The notes below the pieces were generated by a model that ran no database searches, had not been told where the DNA came from, and was given only the letters and a program-made list of their open reading frames with translations. Source: Lama guanicoe (lineage: Eukaryota). From it: DNA of 64,000 nucleotides. Position numbers and translations under genes: made by a program. Shown one piece after another: positions 13,031-29,519 of this stretch. The DNA is taken from positions 3,822,167 to 3,886,166 of the forward strand of contig MU054001.1 of NCBI GenBank assembly GCA_013239625.1. Direction: 5' to 3'. Each line of letters begins with the position of its first letter. Position 1 is the stretch's first letter.

Positions 13031-13479
13031 CTTAGAACTAAAATTATCTTCTTATAAAAGTTTTGTACTAATGCTACAAGAAAAGTAAAACAAAACAAAA
13101 GGCTTTAAAACTCGATAGTTATAGGGTGAAATAATATCATATTTCAAACAATCAAAAACTATAAAAATAAACAGTGCTGCTATGAACATTGAGGTGCAGG
13201 TGTCAAACAAAATCTAATCATAAGAACCTTCATACCTACCCAGAGAAATCCCTCTTTTTTCTTGAGTAAATGCTCTCCATATTATGAAATATATACCTAA
13301 AAATATAATTGTTATGATGGAGTATGTATGAACCAGACTATTTCTCCTGGAATAATAAACTTTGATAAAGTACAAAAATAAAACTATTTGTAGGCATAGA
13401 AGAGTAAAAAATAAAATTAAAATAAAAATATAGAGGGGACTCAAAATTTAGAGAAGGAAACAATACAAAAATGTAATCC

Positions 13480-16400
13480 AAAATTATTTAATATACAGAA
13501 AAAAGGGAAACTGTGATACATTCTCAAAGGAAAAAACACCACAGTGGATACGAATCCACTGATGATTCTGATGTTGAAATTTACAGAAAAATGTTTGTTT
13601 CCTTCTTAAGAATTTTAAAGAGTCCATTACAACTACACTTAATGAAGTAAAGAAAAATATGCTTACAGTGATGAAGAACACATGACTACCTCAACAGAGA
13701 AATAAAAACTAAAGAAACCAGATGGAAAGTCTTAAACACTTTTAAAAACTTTCAAAAAATAAAACATCTCAAAAAATAATTTACTGGATGAGCTAAACAA
13801 CACGATGGGGGAAAAGGTGGCAGAAGTCAGTAATTAAAGGTAGAACAAAAGAATTATCCAAAGAATAGAGAGACCAAAGTTTGAAAAAAAAATTTAACAG
13901 AACCTCAAGGCTAAGGGACAATATCAAAAATTATGACATTTATCTAATTGAAGACACAGAAAGAGAGCAGATTGAAAGAAATGGAAAAAGCGCTTGAAGG
14001 AATAATGACTAGATGTTTCCCACTTTCTTAAAAAAATATAAATTTACAAATACAAGAAGTTTAGCAAATGCCAAGCAGCACAAATGTGAAGAAAATCATG
14101 CTAGGCACATCATAATTAAACTGCTATAAACCAAATATAAAGTCTTCAAAGCATCCAGAGATAAACAACACATTACATACAGGGGCACAATGATTCAAAC
14201 CACTGCTGACTTTTCATCAGAAAGTATCGGGGCCAGCAAATAGCAGAAAACCAACCTCAAAGCGGAATTCTATACATACCCAAAATATCCTTCAAACATG
14301 AAGGCAAGATAAAGACATTTTCAGATAAAAGAAAAAAATTTTTAATTCATTTCTAGAAGAATTTACTTCAACAAAAACCACAAGAAGTTCTTCAGGATGA
14401 AGAAAAATGATAACAGATACTCAATACTCAGATCCTTTAATTCTTTAAATTATAAATGATTATTTCAACAAAAAAATAACACTCTTATGGGTTTTTGAAG
14501 TACACAGATGTAATGTATATGACAACTAATAGCAGAAAGGACTGGGAAGAAGTAACCAGACTTACATGGTTACGAGGTTTTTGCATCTTATATGAAATAG
14601 TACAATATTAACCTTAACTAGATGGAAACATTAAGAATATAATAATCCTTGGAGAAACCACTAAAGCAATATTACAATGAAATGTAGCTTAAAAGTCAAA
14701 AGATTAGTAACATACCATTCTTAAAATTTTTCAAATAATCCACTAAAAAGTAAAAAGCAACTATAAGAATGAAAAATAAATGGAAAAATGGAAAACAGAT
14801 ATTAAAATATTATTGGATTCAAAACCCAGTAATAACAATAATTACATTAAAGGGTTATAGATCAAACACAACAATGAAAAGACAGATCATCATCAGAATG
14901 GATTTTAAAAATCACATGCTGACTTAAAAAAAAAAAAACCAAAGTGGGATAGAGTGGGAAAATGGAATGAAGAAGGCTGGGGGTAGGGGTGGGCTCTCAA
15001 TCCAAAAAACACATTGTGGAGAGGGCAGAAAAAGTAGAACAACAGAAAACACATAGATGGTAGAAATAAATTCAATTATCAGTAATGATAAATTTAATAG
15101 ATTAAAATCTTCAATTAAAATACAAAAATTGTCAAACTAGATTAAGAAATAAAGAATGCCAACTATACACAGTTATAAAACAGAAATGATGAAAAAGAGA
15201 AATACCTGGGAAATATTAACCAAAAGAAACCTATCTATATCATACAAAACAGAATATAAGATAAAAAAGAATTACTAAAGATGGAGATGGTCACCACATA
15301 ACAAGAAATAGCTCAAATCACCTGGAAGATATAACAGTTCAAAGTTCTAGGCACCTAAAATTCTAAACTTGTAGGCAGCAAATAACACTTTCAAAATTAA
15401 AGCAAACACTTATACAACTAAGAAGAAATAAACAAATCTATCATGATACTGGGACATTTTAACATACCTTGCTCAGTAACTGTTAGATCTCAAAATTAAA
15501 AACTCAGTAATGACACATAAAATTTGAATAGCATAATAAATTAGCTTGACCTAAGGGACACATAAAAAATGCATGAAATGCATGCAACTACAGTTGAAGA
15601 AAACACATTCTTTTCAAGTACACACAAAACATTTCTGAAAATTGATCACGTACTGAGCCATTAAGCCAGCCTCAACAAATGCCAAAGGATCAGTATCATA
15701 TTCTCTGACCACACACAATCAAATTGAAAATTAATAATGACAAAAACAAAAAAACAGATACCTGAAAAATTTTAAAACACATTTGAAAATAGCTCATGAA
15801 TTACATTAAAAAATCATGAATGAAATTACAAACTACTTCAAATTTAATGATAACAAGCTAACTGTGTACCAAATTTTATGAAATGTAGGTAGTTGGGTAC
15901 ATCAACTCTGGCCTTAGAGGATTTACACTAGGGAAAAAACACTAAAAATAAGCTAAGCATTCAAACTTAAAGGTTTAGAAAAAAATAGAGTAAATCCACA
16001 AAAAGTCAAAGAAAATATAATTTTCAAATTACTGAAGCAGAAAAACAATATACCTAGAAAGGATTAAGAAATCCAAGAGATGGTTTTTTGAGTAAGTGAA
16101 AGTGAGAATCCTCCGGTAAGACTGATTCTCTCTGTCTGCCTTATTTCACTTAGCATAATGCCCTCGTGGTTCACCCACATTGTCATAAACGGCAAAATTT
16201 CCTTCTTTCTCATGGCCAAATAATATTCCATTTTATGTATGTATATATATATATATATATATACATACACACAAATTTATCACATCTTCTTTATCCATTT
16301 ATCCACTGATAGACATTTAGGTTGTTTCCATATCTTGGCTACTGTAATTAATGTTGCAATGAATATGGGAGTGCAGATATCTTTTTGAGATCCTGCTTTC

Positions 16401-19400
16401 ATTTCCTTTGGATATATACCCAGAAGTGGGATTGTTGGATGGTATAGTAATTCTATTTTTAATTTAATTTTAATTTAATGTAGAATCTAAAAAGGACAAA
16501 TTCAGAAAAACAGAGAGTAGAGTGGTGGTTACCAGGGAGTAGGGGGTGAGGTAGCCAATCATTAAAAAAAAAAAAAAGACTACTGTATGATTCCACTTAT
16601 ATGAGATACTTAGTCAAAATTACAGAGACAGAAAGAAGATTAGCAGTTGCCAGGGGCTGAGGGTGGGAGGTGGTACGGGGAGTTACTGTTTTATGGAATA
16701 CAGTTTTACAAGATGAAAAGCATTAAGGAGACAGATGGTGAAGACTGGTGTCCAAAATTATGAATTCATTTAATACCACTGAACTGTACACTTGAAAATG
16801 GTTAAGATGGTAAATGTATGTTATGTGTATTTTACCATAACAACAACAAAAAATTCAATCACATACTTTTTTTTTAATTTTTTAAAAATTTACCCCAACA
16901 CTTTCCAAGATACAGGCGCCCTCCCAGGGCAAACTCATTCCAGGGCACCAAGTAAAAAATTTTTTAAACATGCAATGCAAATTTTTTTTTTTAATTTTGA
17001 AACATGCAAAAATTAGCAAACTAGACCAACCAACATATGACTCATGATAAAACTGGCTTTGTATCAGGAATGTAAGGCTAATTTAATATTAGAAGATTAG
17101 CAGATTAAAAGAAACATAGGACTATCTCAACAGAGAAAAAAGTTTGACAAAATTCAATATCCATTCATGATAGAAGCCTTAGAAAATGAGGAATAGTAGC
17201 TAACTTCTGTAACCTGATAAAAGACAGCTATAAGAAAATCCTAGGATGAACATATACTTCATAGTGAAATGGTAAAAGCACTCACTTTAAGATCAGCAGC
17301 AAGACCAAGATGTCTGCTATCACCACTTCTATTCAATATTATATTTACAGGTTCTAGCTAGGACACTAGGATAGCAAGCCATATTTTAAAAATGGAAGAT
17401 ATTAAGGATTAGGAGGAAGAGGTATGATGGTTGTATTTGCAGATGATAATGACTGGCTACTAAAAATGTAATCTACAGATATGTTGGGAATAAAGGATTT
17501 TAAGCAGATTGTTTATAACAAAACTCAACACACACAAGTCATCTGAGATGCTACTTCATACCCACTAGGATGGCTAGAATTAAAAAGTCAAATAACAACA
17601 CAGACATGAAGAAATCAGAGTCCTCTTACACTACTGGTAGGAATGTAAAATGGTCACTTTGGAAAACAATCTGGCAGTGCATAAATGATTAAACATGAGC
17701 TATCAGATGACCCAGCAATTCCATTCCTAGATACATACTCAGGAGAAATGAAAGCACACCTCCATACAGAAACTTCTACACAAATGTTTATAGCAGCATT
17801 CTACATTATAGCCAAAAAATGGAGGGAATCCAAGTGTCCATCAACAGATGAATAGATAAACAAAATGTGCTGTATTAATGCAATGGAATGTTACTTAGGC
17901 ACAAAAAAAGAATGAAGTACTGATACATGCTACAACATGGATGAACCTTGAAAACATTAAGAAGCCAGTCATAAAGGAGGGCATATTATATGATTCTATT
18001 TATATGAAATGTCTACAATAAGCAAACATACAGAGAGAGAAGGTAATTGATTGCTCAGAACCAAGGAGGATGAAGGGATAATGGAGTTAAACCTCAAAGC
18101 TCCAGGGTTTCCTTTTGAGTTGATGAAAATGTTCTCCAATTGATTGTAATGATGATTGTTCATATCTGTAAATATACTAAAATACACTGAATTGTATAGT
18201 TTAAATTAGTGAATTATATGGTATGTGAATTAGATCTCAATACAGTTGTTTTTGTAAGTAGACACCAAAAATCTATTAGAAAACATGTTTTACTTTATAA
18301 TGTATCAGAATATATATAAGAAATGGAGAAATTATAAAATTTTACTAAAAAGAGGTTAAATAAATCAAAGGCTATACAATGTTCATGGAAGTTTCAATAT
18401 AACAGAAATGACAATTTTCTTCAAATTGTTCTACAGCTTAACTGCAATTCCAGCCAAAATCCCAGTGGAACTCTCTTGTAATATTTGGGTAGCTGATTAT
18501 TAAATTTACAATGAAGAGTCAATGGCCAACAACAGTCAAGACACTCATTAAGAAAAAGAACAAGAAGGGAAATGTACTCTTACGGCTATAAGGTTTCTTC
18601 TAAAGCTATGACAATAAAGGCCTAAAGGCCTTAATGTAGAAATAGAAAAGAGTGCATAAAGAGATCCATACGTACATATTTTGAAACTTGATTTATACAC
18701 AGCAAGCGTGGTAAACTGGGCATATATATTTCATATCCTACACAAAATCAAATCTAGGTATGTTATACACCTAAATGTGAAAGGCAAAACTATTAAACTT
18801 TTAGAAGACAGTATAGAATAACAGGAAAACTCAGAAGAGCAATGAGACAGGACTACGGATCTTACTAAAACATATGATACAGAATCATTAAAAAACAATG
18901 TGGTGAAGCACAAAGAGACAGAACAGATAGTCCAGACATACGCCAAAGTATAAATGGGAACTTAGTATGATGAAAGTGGCATCTCAAAGGAGTAAGAAAA
19001 AGGTGGACTTTTTAATAAATGATGTTGGGACAACTGGGTAACTATCTGGGCAGGGGGATGGATACTAAATTAGATCCATATTTCACATCATGCACCATAT
19101 AAAATTAAAATGGATCAAAGATATACATGCATATGTATACACACACATAAAAATAAAACCACAAGAGAATTAGGAGAAAACATGGAGAAATTCCTTTATA
19201 ACCCTGGAGTGACTCAAAATCCAGATGCCACTAACAAATCTGGTAAATTCAGCTATGTAAAAATTTTAATCCTGTATGACAGAAATTACCTAAAGCAAAG
19301 TCAAAAGATATTAAACCAAGTGAAATGAGCTATACACAAAGGACAAATATTGCACGGATTCCACTTATATGAGGTATCGTGAATAGGCACATATATGAAG

Positions 19401-21390
19401 ACAGAAAGTAAAGAACAGAAGTTACCAGGGGCTGAAAGGGAGAAATAGGGAGTTATTTCTAAATAGGTATAGAATTTCTGTTCGAGATTATGAAAAAGGT
19501 CTGGAAATAGCAGTGATGATTGCACATCATTGTAAATGTGCTTAAGGCCACTGATTGTACACTTAAAAATGGTTAAAATGGTCAATCTTATTACACATAT
19601 ATTATCACACTTTTTTAAAATGAGGTCAAGAAGATAAGCAAATAGTAAAAAAGACTAGTGACAAATTAGGATTGAGGACAAATGAGTGGGAAACATTTGC
19701 ATCTCATATCACAAAAGACTTACCATCCCTAACACATAAAAAAAGAACTAGTAAGAAAAAAGAACAAAAATCCAATTAAAAAAACAGATGACAGATATGA
19801 ATCAACAGTTCACAGAAACAGAAATACAAATTTCTCTTAATCATACAAAAAGATGCTCAACCTCATTCATCAGAGAAATACAAGTTAAAATTATACTGAA
19901 ATACATCTTTCACTCAATCAGATTTGAAAAAAATTAACAACACATTCTTATGGTAAGGCTATAAAATATTACCCTCAGTCTCTGCTGGTAGGAATATAAA
20001 TTGTTATGTCCACAATTGAAAGCAATTGAGCAGTATCTAGGACAATAAAATGCAAACTGCTTTTCACTAAACAATCCCACTTCAGGGTATTTATCCCACA
20101 GGTAAGCTAGCATATGTGGAAAATATGTATGTACAAGGTTACTGCAGCATTGTTTGTAACAGTAAAAAAGTTAGAAGCAATCCATATCCATCAATAACAA
20201 TAAATTATGGAACCATAGTACAGTGGAAATTTATACACTGTAAATAAGAAGAATCTCTCTGTTCAGAGGTACAAAGAGCTCCAAGATATAAAGTGAAGAG
20301 AATAAAACATGTGCAGAATAGTGTAAATATTACGCTTCATGCTTAAAAGGGGAAGAAAGAATATGTATTTATATTGCATAAAGAAACTCTGGAATGATAC
20401 ACAAGAAATTAATAAAAATAGTTACTAGTGGGAGGCAAGGGTTGGAGTGAGGGGCCAAGTGGCACAGAGGGGATAAGAATGGAAATAAGACACCCTACAA
20501 TACTGTTTCATTATGTTGATTTGAGATAGGTGAATGCATTTCTTATGAAAAATCATTTTAGTAACCTGATAGTTTCTAAACTCTAGGGTATTTGCATTGG
20601 TCAAACCTCAAATGATGCAATGTGTATTTCATTAAATGGATGCCTTTTATCTCAAAAGGAAAAAAGAAAACTACTTATCTCTAGCTCATTATATTTATGC
20701 CAAAGTGTAAGTGTACTGATGTCTAACTTATTTTGAAGTACATAAAAAAAGATGGATTAGTGCCTGGATAGAGGGATGGATAAATATACAATAAAGTAAG
20801 TACAAAAATATTAATTGTAGAATCTAGGTGGCAGGAATAGTGAAGCTCAGTATAAAATTCTTTCAACTGCTCTGTAGGTTTGAAATTTTATAATAAAATG
20901 TTGAAAAAATATTTTTATTAAAATTTTAAGATAGAGAACTCATAAATCAATAAATAGACAAATTAACAGAAAACTGAGCAGACATAAACAGATATTTAAT
21001 AGAAGACACAAATGTTTTGTAAACATATGAAGTTATTCAACTCTATTTATAATCAGGAAACTATAAGTTAAAATCATCTTGAGATACCATTTCTCAGGCA
21101 TCAGACTAGCAAAAATTTTAACCAGTACCAAGTGTTGAAGAAGACATGGAAATACCCCAAACCCAAACATCTATTAACATTAGAGTGGGTTATTAAATCA
21201 TGAGGTATTCACACAATGAAATGTACTATGAAGCAGTGAGGGTGAATTAATTATTAATACCTTCATCCACAGGAAACAACCTCAAAATACACTTTTAAGT
21301 AAATGATGCAAACAATTAAAGGATACAATCACTATGATCCTACTTGTATTAAGTTTAAAAATAGGCTAAACTAAACAATATATGATATAC
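13480..21390 (+). mobile_element. Block of nested old L1 fragments (L1ME/L1MC/L1MB-like), with a minus-strand piece at ~16115-16465
   Basis: ORF1-like (13700-14420) and ORF2-like (14820-16090, 17020-17530, 18300-19300) remnants, plus several L1 3' UTRs (16575-16850, 17540-18255, 19310-19620, 19700-21390). Confidence 0.8.
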
Positions 21391-21394
21391 TACC

Positions 21395-21990
21395 CCAACA
21401 TACCACCCCAATCCAAGCCACCGTCCCCTATCTCTCATATGGAAAAGTGCAACAGTCCCCTTCTGATCTCCCTATTTCTGCACTCTAACATGCAGCCAGA
21501 GCAATCATTTTAAAATTAAGTTGCAGTAAGTTGCCCTTCACTCAAAACCCATCTTAGCTTCCCATCTCCCTCAGAGTAAAGCCAAGAATCCATACACCAG
21601 CCCTGCTTGGTCCAGCTCCCACTGCCTCTCCTACCACTCTCCCTCGTTCAGGCCACATGAACCCCTTGCTATTCCTCAAGCTGGCCAGGCCCTCAAATCC
21701 CCTTCATGCCAAGAGTTCAAAGGTCAGCACATTACAGAGGCTCACTGGGACGACCCTACATAAAATAGAAAAATCCCACCCCTCACAACCCAGCATTCCC
21801 CTTCTCGTTTCCTTTGCTTATCATTCTCCCTCCAATCACCATCTAATTGACCATCTGTGTAATTTATTGTCTGTCTTCACTTATGAGAATAAAAGCTCCA
21901 TGCAAGAAGGATTTTTACCTGTTTTGCTTCCTACTATATCCTCAGCACCTAGAAGAAGCCTACGTAAGGGCTTAATATTTCATGAAGGAA
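21395..21990 (-). mobile_element. L2 LINE relic
   Basis: C-rich tract ending aagctccatgcaagaagg...ttgcttcctactatatcctcagcacctagaa, the reverse L2 3' end pattern. Confidence 0.65.
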
Positions 21991-23681
21991 CAATCTTTTA
22001 CAAAATTGCTTTTTAAACAATAAGCATTTATTGTAACATTAAAAAGTATTTCAATTTATAAGATTATAGATTGTGTTCTTCCATAGGCAGGCATGAAAAG
22101 GTAAATTAAATATTACTAGTTAAAATATTAAGCACATGTATGCTTTCCCCTGAATGTAAACCATTTGTTTCCAAACAGAAGTAAAGATACAGCTAAGAAA
22201 CCAATTTGAAAGAAATTAAAAAACTGATTTTAAAGAAATAATGGAAAACAAAGTATGTCAGATTTTTACAAAGCAAAATTGAAATAAAGCTATCATTTGA
22301 ATACCTTCAACTAAATTAATGTATTCTTGCTGAAAGGCTAAAAGTTAAAGCAAAAAGCACTTCCTAACTCAGCAAAACAAGCATATATTACCTACCAAGC
22401 CAACAGCAAAACAGGAAGGGCAAAGAGTGCAGGCTAGAAGGAGCCTCAAGGATCATCTAATATTAGCCCCTTCATTCTTACAAGAAAAGAAACTGACAAC
22501 CTGAAATGACCTATCAGGAACTTAGAAGTGTTCTGGGTCAAAATCAATAATGGAATAACATTGGAAGCAAAAAAAAAAGAAAGAAAGTTTTATTCAGTTA
22601 TGATCCTTGCTACAGTAAAATTCAGCTTTATAGAATTAGAGACAAAATACATCTCCATGGAAACAATATTTCCAAGTATACACTGGAAGCTGAGAAGTAT
22701 GTTTTTCTATGCAGATCTTCATACCCTAAGTATACACACAGGTTTTGGGGTGAAGAGGTATTGAAAAGGGTAAGCTTTATAATCAGACAAGTCTGGATTT
22801 GAATTCCAGTTCTACTGGAATCAAGCAGGATCTTACTTGATCCTAGTCAGTCTTATCCCTGTCTAAGCCCTAATTTTTTGTCAACAAAATGGGGATAATT
22901 AAGACCTACCTTGTAAGTTTGTCAAGACTGTAGAAGACATCTAATTAAGGATTCAAAATTTGTGGCTATTAAATGCAGGCTTTCTGACAATTTATTCATA
23001 GTTGCACAATGCTCAGTAAGAATCACCACCTCTGACTGCCTAGTTCTATGAATAACATACTACCAACAGACTAGCTTATGACTGGAATTCTACTAAAAGC
23101 TGGGGGAAGGTGGTGTTGATGTTGCTATCAATAGAAACTTATCGATCAGTTAACAGCAGCCATTAGGTGCTACTTGTTTGAGGTAAAATAAAAGGTTGCT
23201 TAAGACCATCTTTAAGATGTGAAAGTTGAGGGATCTATTTCTGACTAGAGTCATGAAGCTTGATCAATTACATCACCTCAGAACTGGAAGGGATCTTGTA
23301 GGGCGTCCAGCAAGAACCCTCTCCACAGGATTATATTAAATGACCAACTTCTGCTTAAAGGCTTCTAGTTTAAACCAGGCTCTCACTTAAACAGGTAGCA
23401 GTTTATTACATTTTCTGGCCCTTCTAAAAATCAGAAGAGGCTTTTTTTTACACACTTAGAATAGACAAGTAATGAAAAAGTGAATGATAATGAATAAATT
23501 ACCCTGCATCACATACTTCTAGAAATGAAAATCTTTAAGCATTATTTTTCAATTGGGGGCAAGGAAGACTATTCTATTTAATAACAATTCCATAATATAA
23601 AAGTCAAGTTCTAAAAATGCATCTTGAAGCTTATATTTACATCCTCATAACTAAATATGTCTTAGAAGCACGGCCTTATTA

Positions 23682-23813
<132 letters not shown>

Positions 23814-25174
23814 CTAGAAATTAAATAACAGAATAAATGTTAAAACCCTCCTCAATAAATCATGAACATGAAATTCTGTATTTTCCATAAAAGGGCCCTC
23901 CAAAATTGAGACCCAAGAACAATCAAGCCATAGTAAACACATAGATGAGCCAGGAATCAAGTGCATCCGTCATACTTTACTAGACAATAAATACTAGTCT
24001 ATATAATAACATCCATCTGCATAGGCAGATGTATTAATCACACACTGTTCCACCCAGAAATCTGCCCCATCTAATCCTGACCTGCTCTAATCACTCCTTT
24101 ACATTCCCTGAGCACTTAAATATTCAATTTGAACTCCTGTGAGCCTTTCTGTAGATAGAAAGTCTATGTTTTAATTGTTCTTTTGTCATCTTATGGGTAT
24201 GTAAGAATTCCCTCCAAAATGGAGATTTTTATATTAATTATTTTATATTCCAATGTAGCACCAATTTGTACAGCGCTGTTCATGGAGCTAGAGTAAGAAA
24301 TGGGCCAGTCAGACAACTGCCCTGAGTGCCAATGTGTAGAACATGCTAAATGTCATTGGAAACAGGAGGAGCTGAAGACTATTGCGTTTGCTAGAACTTC
24401 CCTTTCAAGGAGTGCACTAGAGGGGTTTGGAATGAATGATTGCACAAGCCACCTGGAAGACAGGCAGAGGCAGAGGGAGAAGCTGGTGGTGCAACCTCCA
24501 GACAGCCTGCCCCAAATAAACAAGGTGACCCCAAGACTGCCATCTAGGGGATGGCCTAAATGGCTGCTGCCAAGTGTGAAGCCCAAAGGACCTACAGCAA
24601 GAGGAAATTAAACCCAATGACCAGTGGCCCTCTTTCTCCAACCTTCCCTCCACCCAGCCCACAATCTCCTCTTTAAACCAGTTCTGAATATTTAAAGAGT
24701 ACTGGTTTAAAGACGAGCTCTATTTCTAGGGACTCACATGTTTCACTCGGGCTCTAACTTTTCACATGATAAACATTCAGTAAATGTTTATCTAAACAAC
24801 ATAGTAATGTTTATCTATTGGGCATTAAACAGAATTTCCTACAGTTTCCAAGCACAAGGTAAGAGAAACTTATGCTAGAACATTCATAGCCTCCCAGAAA
24901 GTATACCTGAAAAGATAAAAATAATCACTAAAAACATCATGAGTACAAGGCTCTGTTACCTCCTCTCCTTCCTCATTCTAGTGTTTAATAATTCTGTATG
25001 AATTTCCTTTATTATACCTAACAAATTCTTGTCCATATTTTCAATCTATGGTAAAAACGTCCTCAAGCCTTTTTCTTCTCCTTCTTCTAATCCCACAGGT
25101 ATCACCCAATTTGCTATCCTGGGATGTATCCTTTATTAGCAAATATGATTGTAAGGTAACATTAAAAATGAATA

Positions 25175-25462
25175 ACACAAACAAAAGGATAAATACTATA
25201 CGATTTCACTTATATGAGGCACCTAGAATAAGCAAATTCATAAAGACAGAAAGTAGAAAAGTGGCTGAGAGGAGTGAGTAACGGGGAGTTATTGCTTTAT
25301 AGGTACAGAGTTTCAGTTTGGGGTGATGAAAATGTTCTGGAGATAAACAGGGGTAATGAGTGCACAACAATGTGAATGTACTTACTGCCAATAAACTGTA
25401 CCCTTTAAAATGGTTAAGATGGGAAATTTTATGTTACATACATTTTTCCACAATAAAAAAAA
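25175..25462 (+). mobile_element. L1MB-like 3' UTR fragment
   Basis: tttcacttatatgaggcacctagaata...aaaatggttaagatgggaaattttatgttacatacatttttccacaataaaaaaa. Confidence 0.8.
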
Positions 25463-25942
25463 TTCTTTTGAGTGAATTACATTCTAAGAAAACACTCTTG
25501 TCTTTTCCCCTAAAGCAATGTGCTTCTCCTCTATTCAGGTATTTTCCATAAATGATTTTTACATACAACTCACTAAAATCAGATCAGCCAACAAAATTCT
25601 GCAAAATATTACAAAAAGAGGAACACAGATAACCAAAAAAAAAAAAGTTTTTCAAAATACAGAAAAATAAGACAGTATGTAATAGATTTGGGTGGGTTTT
25701 TCTCTGTTTATTGGTCAGCGATTACACAGCAGATTTAAAGACTGAAAACATTATTCCGGTTGATTCAAACTGGAAAAACGAGTAAATGTAATTCTATGTC
25801 TAGACTCCTAGCCCATATCAATGTTCCTTTACTAAAAATAAATTAGGACATGTTCTTTAAATTACTACTAATTAGTTTCTTTTAAATAATCAAAGTGTTT
25901 AATTTGTACCTAATTTGGTCATAAAACTAATTGATATATTCA

Positions 25943-26275
<333 letters not shown>

Positions 26276-26614
26276 CTAGTTTTCACATGAGAGAAAAAAA
26301 AAAAAGGTGGACAGATAGCTAGCTAGCTAGATCGATAGAGAAAGATGATCTCTAAGAGAAAACATCCACTCTGGGGACTTCAGAGAAATCACTGGAAAAA
26401 TTCTAAATGACACCTATAAGAAATATAATTATTAGCAGTTGCTGTTGGATTTAGGGTGTTTAAAAAAATTAGGAAGAAACTATCTGATGCTGCAATAAAG
26501 CTACTTGATCATTTCAAACCATAATTCTACTGTGAGAGAGCTGGGCTGGAGTCTACATTAGGATTTTAACAAAAATTTTGTCATAAAAAGAGCAATCTAC
26601 TTTAATATAACAGT

Positions 26615-26810
26615 AATATTAGCTCCATTTATTGAGCAATTACTGTGTGCCAAACATTGTGCTAAATTCTGAATCAATGTATCCCCAAAACACTGCAAGC
26701 TGTATACTAATATCTCTATCTTATAGATGAGGAAGCAGATTTAGAGAAGCCGCTTGGTTAAACAACCTGGTAACCCAGCTAGTAAATGGCACAGTGGGGA
26801 TTCAAATTTC
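26615..26810. mobile_element. MIR SINE relic (representative; others near 22.8, 35.5, 37.0, 46.0, 46.5, 47.3, 50.9, 57.6, 57.8, 60.7, 63.1 and 63.4 kb)
   Basis: catttattgagcaattactgtgtgccaaacattgtgctaa...ttatagatgaggaagc; MIR core motif. Confidence 0.65.
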
Positions 26811-27376
26811 CAATTGTTTTACAATTGCTCTTTTAAATAATTAAATCAAAATGCAAACAAGGCATGAAATCCTATTTGTAAGAATGTCAAAATGTAACTG
26901 ACATTTGAGTTCTTGAGAATTAACATCAATTCTGGAAATGTATCACAGAGCTCTTGAATCTCTTTTCAGTAGAAACAAATTCCAAGATGATTTTCACATA
27001 TATTATCAGGGATAACAATAAGCAAGTTGAAATTGCTCAAATATTAAAAATATACCTATCTCCAAATTTCATTACTTAACAGTACACATTAAGAAAAACT
27101 GACAAATCTACAGATGATAATGTCAGGATAATTAACAATTCTGTTAAAGTGATTCATTCATTTATATTTGGTAGAGTTCATTTTTAATACTCAATGTTAA
27201 AATTTCTAAGATACCAAAGTCTTCAATAATTACATGATCTATTTGCATTTCCTACTGTAGTAGGTAGTTTTAAAGTTTTCAATGCATCATCTTTGTTTCA
27301 TCTCAGTTTACTACTAGAAAGTAAATCCTAAGTATTATGAATATTAAAAATTACAGAAAATTTCTGGGAACACTTA

Positions 27377-28103
<727 letters not shown>

Positions 28104-29059
28104 CTGTAAAAAGACAGCAGATCAAAATGCCTGGAGGACAAGCAAAAAGAAACTTAACACTTCACTCTACATGAGTCAAAATTAAGACTGAAGACTTTTT
28201 AAATTCTTCACTCGACTAGTAAAAACACACAAATGACATACTTCCAAAAATATCTTAAAAGGTTAAAAGACATACCATATTACTCGTCATCTTGCTTATT
28301 TAGCAAGGAGATTCAATTGTAAATTATCTCCAAAGACAATACAATAATGTTTGTTCCCAAGGCACTGAAATTTATGAACTCAAATTCTAGTAAAAGATAA
28401 TCTTATACATACATTCTGACAGTTTTAAACTTTGAAAAGTAGACTTTTTAATATATCCAGCCTAACTTAAATGAATAAGCTGCTGTATTTGGAGAAAACA
28501 CACATAAATCAAAAAGGCTATTTTCTGTACAGGTAGTTTAAGTAAAAAGTTATCCATCATAATTATTATATTGAACATTTTTATCAATAAAAATATCATA
28601 AAATCACATTCTGAAACTTCAACCACAATTCATTTATCTGTATGCCATATTTTGATAATAGAACATTTTACCTAACTCAGTTTCATTTCCTTAATCTTGC
28701 ACATTTTGTCCTTAGATAGGAAAATGTTAATCATATTAATCATAGCCCTCATTTAATTTCTCTCAATCACAAATACCAGATATTGTAAATCTGATTATAT
28801 TAAAGATATCTTTAAAAATCAATTTTGTAGCCATCAAAACTTGGACAATGTAACAAGGAAATATAACTGCAGTACAGTATCAAATATAAAATGTTTTTAC
28901 ACCACAATTTTAACTATGTATACGAGAAAGGACTTATACAAAAGATGATTTTTTTCAGTTTCAATTTTTCATTCAAAATGTTTACAGGAATACTAATCTC
29001 ACAATTAAAATAGCCTTCTCAACCCTACTTGAATCACTGGTTTAAAACTATACAATTTC

Positions 29060-29519
29060 TCAGCCATAAAAAAGAATGAAATCATGCCATTTGCAGTAAC
29101 ATGGATGGACCTAGAGATTATCATATTAAGTGAAGTAAGTCAGACCCAGAAAGGCATATATCATATGATATCACTTGTATGTGGAATCTCAAAAAAGATA
29201 CAAACTTTATTCACAATCCAGAAATAGACTCACAGACATAGAAAACCAAATATGGTTACCAAAGGGAAAGGTAGGAGAGGGATAAATGAGGAGTTTGGGA
29301 TTAACAGATACACACGACTATATATAAAATAGATAAGCAACAAGGACCTACAGTATAGCACAGGGAACTATATTCAATTTCTTGTAATAAGTTATAATGG
29401 AAAACAATCTGAAAAAAATATATATACATATATGTATGTATATGTATAACTGAATCACTTTGCTGTACACCTGAAACTAACACTGTAAATTAACTATACT
29501 TCAGTAAAAAAAATTTTTT
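29060..29519 (+). mobile_element. 5'-truncated L1 with a perfect 15-bp TSD
   Basis: TSD AAACTATACAATTTC at 29045-29059 and 29520-29534; L1 ORF2 end plus 3' UTR and A tail. Confidence 0.92.

Noticed and set aside
16865..17010. GC-richer island between T runs, possibly a small RNA retrocopy
   Set aside because: No recognisable snoRNA or snRNA boxes and no TSD found; cannot be supported without a database search.
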